Source: Calditrichia bacterium (GTDB lineage: Bacteria > Calditrichota > Calditrichia > RBG-13-44-9 > J075). From it: 64,000 bases of DNA. Where the stretch lies: the NCBI GenBank assembly GCA_028284905.1, contig JANQQU010000026.1, forward strand, positions 57,252 to 121,251, given 5' to 3'. Position numbers and translations under genes: made by a program. This document shows, in pieces, positions 56,333 through 64,000 of this stretch. The number at the start of each line of letters is the position of its first letter. The first letter of the stretch is position 1. The notes under the pieces were generated by a model, which searched no databases, was not told where the DNA came from, and saw nothing but the letters and a program-made list of their open reading frames with translations.

Positions 56333-58444
56333 ATGCGTTGGATCCAGATACTATTTCTGGCAGTTATTTGCTGCTGGACAGCTTTGTTTGCCCAGGAAGA
56401 TTATTGGGAGGAAACCGGCGGCCCCCATGGTGGTACGATTCATTCCCTGAAAGTAAATAGTATGGGATATCTGCTCGCCGGCACTGCCAACGGATTTTAT
56501 ATTAGCGAAGACAATGGCGAGAATTGGGAAGAACGGAATGTCGGTTTATTACAAAATCAGGATGTAATGGCGGTCGGGTTGAATGCCGCGGAGGAGATTT
56601 TTGCCGGCACGAAGGGGAATGGTGTGCTGCGTTCGTCGGATAATGGGCATACCTGGGAGCAAATTAATAATGGTCTCTTGAGTACAGAAGTCTTTTCCAT
56701 GGGGATTGATGGCGCAGACAGAATCTTCCTTGGCACCGCGGAAGGGATGTATTATTCTCCCGATAATGGCGCGAACTGGATGGCCTTAACCAACGGTATC
56801 TCCAATGCGACGATCTACAAAATTGCCATCAATGCCAGCAATCATGTCTTTGCTGCGACTCAGGAAGGCGTTTATCGCTCGCTCGATCATGGCGTTAGTT
56901 GGAGCAAGGTGAACAATGGCCTCACCCATCTCTTTGTTGTTGCCCTTACAGTCAATATTGACGGGGCGGTTTATGCCGGCACAATAGAAGGCGGACTGTT
57001 TCGTTCAACCAATAATGGCGATAGCTGGGAAAACTATAGCAATGGGTTGACGAATATGAATGTCCGGACGCTGGGGCATGATGCCAGTGGCGTGCTGTTT
57101 GCCGCAACAGAGGGCGGGCTCTTTCGCTATGATGTCACTGAGAGTGATATCTGGGTACCAATCAACGAAGGTTTGATCTATCCTTTCGTTTATGCGATGG
57201 CCTTCTACGCCGCCTATGTTTATGTCGGCACACAATTGGGCGGCATGTTCCGCTCGGAGGATAATGGCAATTCCTGGGTGCGCAAGGTGCGCGGATTAAC
57301 AATTCTCGTGGTGCTGCAAATTATTACCAATCCGGAGGGGATTCTTTTTGCAGCAACGGATGGGGGACTCTTCCGCTCGAATGACGGTGGAATTATCTGG
57401 CTGCCGGTGCTTATTCAGGGCCTTGCTTTTCCCTGGATAACGGCAATAGCCATTAACGCGGTTGGGCACATATTTATCGGCACTTACCTGGCCGGTATTT
57501 TTCGTTCGCTGGATGGCGGCCTCACCTGGGCGTCAGTAAATATCGGCTTAACCAGTTTATTCATAACCGCGTTGGTTATTGGCATTGCCGGGGAATTATA
57601 CGCCGGCACAGCCAATGCCGGGGTGTTCCGTTCGAATGATGGCGGTCTCACCTGGATAGGATATAGCGTAGGATTGATCTTCCTGGGGATAACATCGCTC
57701 GCAATCAATGAAGTCGGCGATCTGTTTGCCGGTACCCGGAATGGCGGTGTATTCCGCTTCTTGCTCAACGGCAGTTCCTGGGCCGCCATTAATATTGGCA
57801 TCGCAGTTGTCTGGATAACAGCGATTCGTTACAGCATATTAGGCTTTCTCTACGTTGGCACCTGGGGAGGAGGCGTCTATCGTTCCGACGATAACGGGGA
57901 TACCTGGAACGGTTACAACGATGGCTTGCCGAGCCTTTTCGTGACGACACTGGGGGTGAATCAACTTGGCTACCTCTTTGTGGGGCTCTTTGCCTGGGGG
58001 ATTTATTTGTCGCTGGATAATGCCTTGACATACGAGGCGATAAACACCGGACTATCTATTCTCCTGGTCTATGCAATTTATTTTGCTTTGGATGGTTTCG
58101 TTTACGCCGGCAGCAGCCGGAGGGGCGTATTCCGCAGCCGGAAATTCACAGCAATCGAGCGCCTGGAAACGCTGGCCATTAAAGGGTTCGAATTAATGCA
58201 GAACTTCCCCAATCCATTCAACCCGGAAACGACCATCCGCTTTACCATCCCTGATCGCGCAAAAGTGAAACTGCAGATATTTAACACAGCCGGACAGATG
58301 ATCAAAACGCTGGTAAATGATGTGCTGGCAGGCGGTAGTTATCAATATCAATGGCAGGCAGCCGGTGTGCCGAGTGGCACTTATTTTTATCGTATGACCG
58401 CAGATGGTTACTCGGAAACTAAAAAGCTAGTGCTATTGCGATAA
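56333..58444 (+). CDS. BNR/Asp-box repeat beta-propeller protein with T9SS C-terminal sorting domain
   Basis: Signal peptide. At least 9 S-x-D-x-G-x-T-W repeats. C-terminal Por-secretion tail (…KVKLQIFNTAGQMIKTL…GTYFYRMTADGYSETKKLVLLR). Confidence 0.8.
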   Translation: MRWIQILFLAVICCWTALFAQEDYWEETGGPHGGTIHSLKVNSMGYLLAGTANGFYISEDNGENWEERNVGLLQNQDVMAVGLNAAEEIFAGTKGNGVLRSSDNGHTWEQINNGLLSTEVFSMGIDGADRIFLGTAEGMYYSPDNGANWMALTNGISNATIYKIAINASNHVFAATQEGVYRSLDHGVSWSKVNNGLTHLFVVALTVNIDGAVYAGTIEGGLFRSTNNGDSWENYSNGLTNMNVRTLGHDASGVLFAATEGGLFRYDVTESDIWVPINEGLIYPFVYAMAFYAAYVYVGTQLGGMFRSEDNGNSWVRKVRGLTILVVLQIITNPEGILFAATDGGLFRSNDGGIIWLPVLIQGLAFPWITAIAINAVGHIFIGTYLAGIFRSLDGGLTWASVNIGLTSLFITALVIGIAGELYAGTANAGVFRSNDGGLTWIGYSVGLIFLGITSLAINEVGDLFAGTRNGGVFRFLLNGSSWAAINIGIAVVWITAIRYSILGFLYVGTWGGGVYRSDDNGDTWNGYNDGLPSLFVTTLGVNQLGYLFVGLFAWGIYLSLDNALTYEAINTGLSILLVYAIYFALDGFVYAGSSRRGVFRSRKFTAIERLETLAIKGFELMQNFPNPFNPETTIRFTIPDRAKVKLQIFNTAGQMIKTLVNDVLAGGSYQYQWQAAGVPSGTYFYRMTADGYSETKKLVLLR

Positions 58445-58494
58445 AAACAATTAGCCCTAAAGGCTATAGTTATACATAAATTTACAAATAGAAA

Positions 58495-58676
58495 ATATGT
58501 CGCCCCTACAGGGCTAATGGTTCTTAACAGGTTTTATTAGCTATAAATATTCCGCCCCTACGGGGCTCAAAACATGCACAAAATAGTGGATTTACAAATC
58601 AAGTCCCATAGGGACGGAATATTTATAGCGCAAAGGTTTTAATTGTCGTTTGAGCCCTGTAGGGGCGACATATTTC
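58495..58676. promoter_or_regulatory. four copies of a 22 bp element in nested inverted arrangement (atatgtcgcccctacagggct family)
   Basis: Copies at 58495-58516 (→), 58548-58570 (→), 58603-58624 (←) and 58653-58674 (←), with 50-55 bp spacing. Upstream of the Rieske-ThDP gene. Confidence 0.45.
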
Positions 58677-59011
58677 AAGAAATTTATAACGAATATAAAG
58701 ACATGCAAGAGCGATAGCTCGAAGAGGTGTGCAATTCGCAGTAGCAGGAAATGCAAGCAGTAGTGTGCACACTGTTTACTGCGAATGGTTTGTCGAAGCG
58801 TTAAAACTCTCTCCTTAATCCAACACAATTCTTTCCCAATCAAAAATCAGCCAATACACTTTTGTGATAAAAATATGAGCTCCTCATGAGGGAGTTCTGT
58901 TTTGTTTTTCTCATAATTGATACTATGTTAAAAATGAGCACTTCATTTGAACAGCTAAACCATTCACTTTTCCCAGGGTAATCCTGAAAACATTTATTGG
59001 AGGAGCAACAG

Positions 59012-60964
59012 ATGAGCAAGAATGATGCTGCATTAAACTGGTTTCGTGTGCTGGATCTCGACGAATTGCCGGAAGGTCGCGTCAAAACAGTTACTGCCGG
59101 TCATAAAAGTCTGGCGATGACCCACTATAAAGGCAAGATCAGTGCGTTGGACAATAAATGTCCTCATCAGGGTGGTCCGTTGGGAGAAGGCTCCATTGAG
59201 AATGGCTGGCTACGCTGTCCCTGGCATGGTTGGGATTTTTGCCCGCACGATGGCAAACCTCCGGGAGGATACGATGACGGCGTACCAACCTATCCGGTAG
59301 AAATTCGCGACGATGGCGTTTACGTCGGTATGCCGGTTGAGAAGCCTCATGAACGCACCGTCACCGATGTGATGGCGGAAACCATGGTCAATTGGGGGGT
59401 AAAGCATGTTTTTGGCATGGTCGGTCATTCCAACCTGGGATTAGCCGATGCGCTGCGTCGCCAGGAAGCGGCCGGAAATTTGACCTATTATGGGATTCGC
59501 CATGAAGGCGCTGCCGCATTCGCTGCCTCCGCTTATGCAAAGCTGACCGGCAAACCGGCGGCATGTCTGGCAATTGCCGGTCCCGGTGCGACGAACCTCC
59601 TCACGGGACTTTGGGATGCGAAAGTCGACCGCGCCCCAATCCTCGCTCTAACCGGGCAAGTGGATACCCAGGTGCTCGGGCCTGGCGCTTTCCAGGAAGT
59701 GGATCTTGCCGCCGCCTTTTCAGCCGTTTCCGCATTTAGCCAAACAGTTCTGGACAGTAGCCGCCACGCCGAATTAATGAATCTCGCTCTTAAAAACGCC
59801 CTCTTAAAGAGAGATGTCGCTCATCTGATTTTCCCTGATGAAGTACAAACCCGTCCCGCCAGCGAACGGGCAAAGGCTGGTGGACCGCAGGGGCGCATGT
59901 CCCCACAAACCATCACACCCCCGGCGGATATGATGGATGCCGCGCTGGAAAAACTCAAAGCCAGTAAACGTCCGGTAATTATCGTTGGCCATGGCGCCCG
60001 TTTCCACATGGAGGCAATTATTGCATTTGCCGAAGCACATAATATACCCGTCATTACTACTTTTAAAGGAAAAGGGCAGATCTCCGATAAGCATCCCCTG
60101 GGATGTGGCGTGCTCGGCCGCAGCGGCACCCCGATCGCCAGCTGGTTTATGAACGAATCGGATTTGCTCCTAGTTTTTGGCGCTTCTTTCTCCAATCATA
60201 CCGGAATAACCCCGAAGAAGCCGATCATTCAAGTTGATTTCGATGCGATGGCATTGGGTAAATTCCATCGGGTGGATGTACCGCTCTGGGGAGAAATCAG
60301 CGTTGTCGTGGGAATGTTCCAGGAAAAATTAGCGGGTAAAATGAACAGCGAAGATCAGCGTGAGGAAATCGCCGCCCGTTGGAAAATCTGGCGCGAAGAA
60401 AAAGATCGCCGGGAACTGGATGACCGTGGGCAGGGCGTCAACTCCGCATCGATATTCGCGGCGATGAATCGCCAGATTCCCGCCAATGCGGTGATCGCCG
60501 TGGATGTTGGAAACAATACCTATTCTTTCGGGCGCTATTTCGAATGTCAGGAACAATCCGTGCTGATGTCCGGTTATCTCGGATCAATCGGGTTCGGTTA
60601 TCCTGCCGCGATGGGTGCCTGGGCGGCAGCGCCGGAGCGGCCGATCGTTTGCGTCACCGGTGATGGCGGCTTTGGCCAATATATGGGCGAACTGCTCACC
60701 GCCGTGAAATACAATATGAATATCACTCATATTCTTCTCAATAATAGTGAATTGGGGAAAATTAGTAAAGAACAGAAAGCCGGCGAATGGGATGTCTGGC
60801 AAACCTCTCTACACAATTGTAACTTCTCCCAATTTGCGGAAAATTGTGGTGCGATGGGTATCCGGGTAACTGATAAATCTCAACTGGACGAAGCAATCCA
60901 AAAAGCGCTCAAACATGATGGACCGGCAATGGTGGAAATTATCGCTGATTCACAGCTTATATAA
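59012..60964 (+). CDS. Rieske [2Fe-2S] domain fused to thiamine-diphosphate enzyme of the pyruvate oxidase/acetolactate synthase family
   Basis: GGAGGAG RBS before ATG 59012; the ORF-track start at 58997 is a TTG. N-terminal CPHQGGPL…CPWHGWDF Rieske motifs. Then ThDP Pyr domain (GIRHEGAAAFAASAYAKLTGKPAACLAIAGPGATNLLTGL), a middle domain, and PP domain (GDGGFGQYMGEL…NN). Confidence 0.8.
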   Translation: MSKNDAALNWFRVLDLDELPEGRVKTVTAGHKSLAMTHYKGKISALDNKCPHQGGPLGEGSIENGWLRCPWHGWDFCPHDGKPPGGYDDGVPTYPVEIRDDGVYVGMPVEKPHERTVTDVMAETMVNWGVKHVFGMVGHSNLGLADALRRQEAAGNLTYYGIRHEGAAAFAASAYAKLTGKPAACLAIAGPGATNLLTGLWDAKVDRAPILALTGQVDTQVLGPGAFQEVDLAAAFSAVSAFSQTVLDSSRHAELMNLALKNALLKRDVAHLIFPDEVQTRPASERAKAGGPQGRMSPQTITPPADMMDAALEKLKASKRPVIIVGHGARFHMEAIIAFAEAHNIPVITTFKGKGQISDKHPLGCGVLGRSGTPIASWFMNESDLLLVFGASFSNHTGITPKKPIIQVDFDAMALGKFHRVDVPLWGEISVVVGMFQEKLAGKMNSEDQREEIAARWKIWREEKDRRELDDRGQGVNSASIFAAMNRQIPANAVIAVDVGNNTYSFGRYFECQEQSVLMSGYLGSIGFGYPAAMGAWAAAPERPIVCVTGDGGFGQYMGELLTAVKYNMNITHILLNNSELGKISKEQKAGEWDVWQTSLHNCNFSQFAENCGAMGIRVTDKSQLDEAIQKALKHDGPAMVEIIADSQLI

Positions 60965-61295
60965 GCATTCACTAATAAGTTTTTTTACTACACGTATCTA
61001 AAACGAGATAATATCTTTTGGAAAGGGATTATTTAATATAATCCCTTTTCTTTTGCCATTTTCCTTGTTTTTTTAGTACCGGATACATTTAAAATAAGCC
61101 ATTGATCAACTCGGATTTACACTGATTTAGAAAGAGTTTCAATCTTTTTTAAGTAAAACCGTCTCTAAATCTGTGCTAATCAGTGGAAATCTGTGGCTAT
61201 TATAAGAATATCCCATATTGATTTTTTTGAATCTCTACCTGAATCATATTAAATTAATTACTATATTCCGGGATAATAAAAATACCGGACAACGA

Positions 61296-61673
61296 ATGGA
61301 TTTAAGCGATACATTTTTTGAAATTGATTGGCATGATTTGCCGGTCGATTTTTTATGGTTCGATTTCGATGCGAATCGGATTAGCCTTCAGTGCAGCGAG
61401 TTTGATGATGAAGCCGATGAATACAAGGCGTTGATCCTGACTTTTCAATCGATTTTAACGGTCACTGTAAAAAGCTTAAGCTTCGAAAATATTTCCGGTA
61501 TTGGCGATTTCTATGATGCCGAACTGACCAATCTGGACTACGAACATCTTGAATCCGGCAACCATCATGTTACGCTGTCGATTTCAATGGGCGTGACGGA
61601 AGCACCATCGCACATCGAAATCACCAGCAAAGAGCTTCATCTCATCCGTCGCAAAGAGGTGCCGGAAGCTTAA
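61296..61673 (+). CDS. hypothetical acidic protein
   Basis: ORF only; no recognizable motif; start uncertain. Confidence 0.3.
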   Translation: MDLSDTFFEIDWHDLPVDFLWFDFDANRISLQCSEFDDEADEYKALILTFQSILTVTVKSLSFENISGIGDFYDAELTNLDYEHLESGNHHVTLSISMGVTEAPSHIEITSKELHLIRRKEVPEA

Positions 61674-61711
61674 ACCCGATTTTCGGGCAACGAAATTTAT
61701 GAGGTCTACTC

Positions 61712-62902
61712 ATGAAGAAGTTCATCTTTTTTGGGATATTATCTTTTCTGATAATAATTAGCAGTAACGTATGCGCACAATCAGGAGAGAAACCGCTACG
61801 AATTTTCGGATATTTCCAAAATGAATTTTCTCATTTTGCCGGGAATGCGGTTCATAATGATACCAGAAATACCTTCAACCTTCAGCAGATGAACGTATTC
61901 TTCCAAAAGAATATTTCCCTTAAATGGAGTGCTTTTGTCAACTTTGAAATGGTCAATAATTTTTCTTCCAGCAAACAATGGGGCTCTGCCAAGTTGGAAG
62001 AGGCCTGGGTAAAATATGATTTTGGCAAAGCTGCGACTCTCCGGGCCGGATTGCAAATTCCCACTTTTAACAACCTGAACGCCATCAAAAATCGTACGCC
62101 ACTCTTACCCTATGTGGTACGGCCTATCGTTTACGAAGCTTCTTTTGAAGAAGTCGTTACCCTGGAAGAGTTCGTTCCGGGACGCGCTTTCTTGCAGTTA
62201 TATGGTTTCATGCCAATCGGGAAGTATAAGAAGTTTGACTATGCTGTTTATCTTGGGAATAGTCCGAACATAAACAATTTTAGCACCCGGGGGCAAACCG
62301 GCGTTGATACGACGAATACTTTTCTGGTTGGCGGACGCGTCGGCCTGCGTGTTGGGGATCTCAAAATGGGCGTATCCGGCACAATGGATAAAACGAACCT
62401 GTTCACTAGGATAACGAATTTTTTTAATGTACCGTCACTGGAACCATTCGAAAAAAGAGACCGCTTTCGCGTCGGTGCGGATCTTTCTTTTCAGAATGAT
62501 ATGTTTATGTTTGAAGCGGAATACATCGATGTCAGCTATGAAGAGTATAGCAGTGACGGGCTGAATGCCAATGTTATTGATCGTCTGGAAGGATTCGAGT
62601 TGGACCTGGCATTTTACTACGCTACCCTGGGTTTTTATGTTAAAGAACCACTCTTGGTGTATGGCACTTACTGGCGTTCACGTACGATAGAGCCTTATTT
62701 TTTAGATTTGCAACGCGGATTTGTTGACGAAAGAGAAAGACTAAATGTACCCGGATTTGGATTTAGCTATCAATTGAGCGACCGGGTTCGTCTGAAAGCA
62801 CAGTATGCCCGTGTGAATGTAAATGTGGATATCGGGGGCAATATGATCAAGGTAGATAATACCAGCAATTTCTATTCAGCTGCTGCTTCGGTCTTTTTTT
62901 AA
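61712..62902 (+). CDS. outer-membrane porin (phosphate-selective porin O/P-like)
   Basis: Signal peptide, beta-barrel composition, and terminal …SVFF. Adjacent PstS-like gene and a paralog downstream. Confidence 0.5.
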   Translation: MKKFIFFGILSFLIIISSNVCAQSGEKPLRIFGYFQNEFSHFAGNAVHNDTRNTFNLQQMNVFFQKNISLKWSAFVNFEMVNNFSSSKQWGSAKLEEAWVKYDFGKAATLRAGLQIPTFNNLNAIKNRTPLLPYVVRPIVYEASFEEVVTLEEFVPGRAFLQLYGFMPIGKYKKFDYAVYLGNSPNINNFSTRGQTGVDTTNTFLVGGRVGLRVGDLKMGVSGTMDKTNLFTRITNFFNVPSLEPFEKRDRFRVGADLSFQNDMFMFEAEYIDVSYEEYSSDGLNANVIDRLEGFELDLAFYYATLGFYVKEPLLVYGTYWRSRTIEPYFLDLQRGFVDERERLNVPGFGFSYQLSDRVRLKAQYARVNVNVDIGGNMIKVDNTSNFYSAAASVFF

Positions 62903-62965
62903 GCAACTGCCTAAATTTGAATATGTATGATTGAAAATAAACATCGGTAAGCCGGGGAACTTTAT

Positions 62966-63394
62966 ATGATTAAAAAGATACTATTTATTTTCTTCATTCT
63001 GATGGGATGGCAAGCCGCCCAGGCGCAGGTGGCGGTAATCGCCCATAAAGCAGTGCCGGTCGATCAGATCTCCAGCGCGGAATTGCTGGATTTTTATACC
63101 GGCGACATCAAACTTTGGGGAAACGATGAAGCGGTCATCGTTTTCGATTTAAAACCAAAAGGGGAAGTCAAAGAGGTCTTCTACAAATACCTCGGAAAAA
63201 GCCCCTCGCGAATGAAATCCGTTTGGATGAAAAAATTGCTTTCCGGTGAAGGCGATCCACCGGAATCGATGAAAACTGAAAAAGAGTTACTGGAAAAAGT
63301 AATGGAAACGCCCGGATCAATTGGCTTCGTGGCAGAAGATAAGGTAACCGACGATGTGAAAGTGTTGGCGGTGATCACCAGGGAAGAAGGATAA
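62966..63394 (+). CDS. small periplasmic PstS-family phosphate-binding-domain protein
   Basis: Signal peptide. …VAVIAHKAVPVDQISSAELLDFYTG… resembles the N-lobe of PBP-like_2 phosphate binders. Confidence 0.45.
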   Translation: MIKKILFIFFILMGWQAAQAQVAVIAHKAVPVDQISSAELLDFYTGDIKLWGNDEAVIVFDLKPKGEVKEVFYKYLGKSPSRMKSVWMKKLLSGEGDPPESMKTEKELLEKVMETPGSIGFVAEDKVTDDVKVLAVITREEG

Positions 63395-63454
63395 TTCTGC
63401 CAGTTCTAAAAAAACGAATACTATCGACTGCTAATTGATTCGGAGAATTTGACG

Positions 63455-64000
63455 ATGAGAAATCTGATAAAAATTATTTACATACATTTGCTTGCGATTT
63501 GCTGTTCAACATCCGGTTTGCTTGGGCAGGCGAAAGAGACCCCACTGAGAATTTTCGGTTACTTCCAGGTGAATTTTACCCAGGAAACAGGCACTTCTGC
63601 CGGATCGGAATCGACCAACTCGTTTAACATGCAACAGCTCAACCTGTTATTCCAAAAAAACCTGGCGAAAAACTGGAGCGCATTTGTCAATATGGAAGCG
63701 CTGAATAATTTTTCTTCCAGTAAGGAATGGGGCGCATTTAACCTGGAAGAAGCCTGGGTGAAATACCGGGGGAGTAAACAGTTTAACCTTAAACTAGGGT
63801 TGATGATTCCGGAGTTCAATCACCTCAATACCATCAAAAATCGTATGCCCTTGCTGCCATATATTATTCGCCCGGTCGTGTACGAAAACTCATTTGAAGA
63901 TATTATCGATCTGGATAGCTATCTGCCCCGGCGGGCGTTTGCCCAGGCATATGGATTTATTCCTTCCGGGCGCTGGAAATTTGATTATGCCGTTTATCTC
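63455..64000 (+). CDS. outer-membrane porin paralog (3' end lies beyond the window)
   Basis: GGAGA RBS. About 55% identity to the 61712 product (…PLRIFGYFQ…NWSAFVN…EEAWVKY…IKNR.PLLPY…). Confidence 0.5.
   Translation, partial: MRNLIKIIYIHLLAICCSTSGLLGQAKETPLRIFGYFQVNFTQETGTSAGSESTNSFNMQQLNLLFQKNLAKNWSAFVNMEALNNFSSSKEWGAFNLEEAWVKYRGSKQFNLKLGLMIPEFNHLNTIKNRMPLLPYIIRPVVYENSFEDIIDLDSYLPRRAFAQAYGFIPSGRWKFDYAVYL

Noticed and set aside
58997-59011. ORF-track start of the Rieske-ThDP gene at 58997
   Set aside because: Codon at 58997 is TTG. ATG at 59012 has a GGAGGAG RBS at optimal spacing, so the downstream ATG is preferred.
61882-63819. Two similar small minus-strand ORFs (61882-62088 and 63559-63819) as a conserved small-protein family
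   Set aside because: Their similarity is a by-product of lying antisense to two paralogous porin genes.

Overview
This 64 kb window looks like chromosomal DNA from an FCB-group bacterium with roughly 50% GC; one protein carries a type IX secretion (T9SS) C-terminal sorting domain. It is densely coding, mostly for metabolic, envelope and secreted proteins. The most interesting part is an RNA-repair locus at 23.1-29.3 kb. A sigma54/CARF regulator (rtcR) is transcribed divergently from rsr (the bacterial Ro60 homologue), which is followed by a ~1.1 kb non-coding stretch and then the RNA ligase rtcB. That non-coding stretch holds six tandem Y-RNA-like stem modules. Three of them carry circularly permuted tRNA-like domains, two full tRNA-Phe(GAA)-like cloverleaves sit immediately 5' of modules 2 and 3, and palindromic GAATTC-rich spacers separate the units. 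A second notable gene fuses an N-terminal Rieske [2Fe-2S] domain to a pyruvate-oxidase-family thiamine-diphosphate enzyme (59.0-61.0 kb). It is preceded by a 550 bp leader containing four copies of a 22 bp element in a nested inverted arrangement. The intergenic DNA carries several families of oligonucleotide-built palindromic or tandem repeats. These include a 128 bp MITE-like three-hairpin element in two copies, TTAGG-type palindromes, gttcaGagtt inverted repeats around two tandem 95 bp hairpin units, and 14 bp cagtgaacagttat arrays bracketing a small gene downstream of rtcB. No rRNA, CRISPR array or transposase was found.
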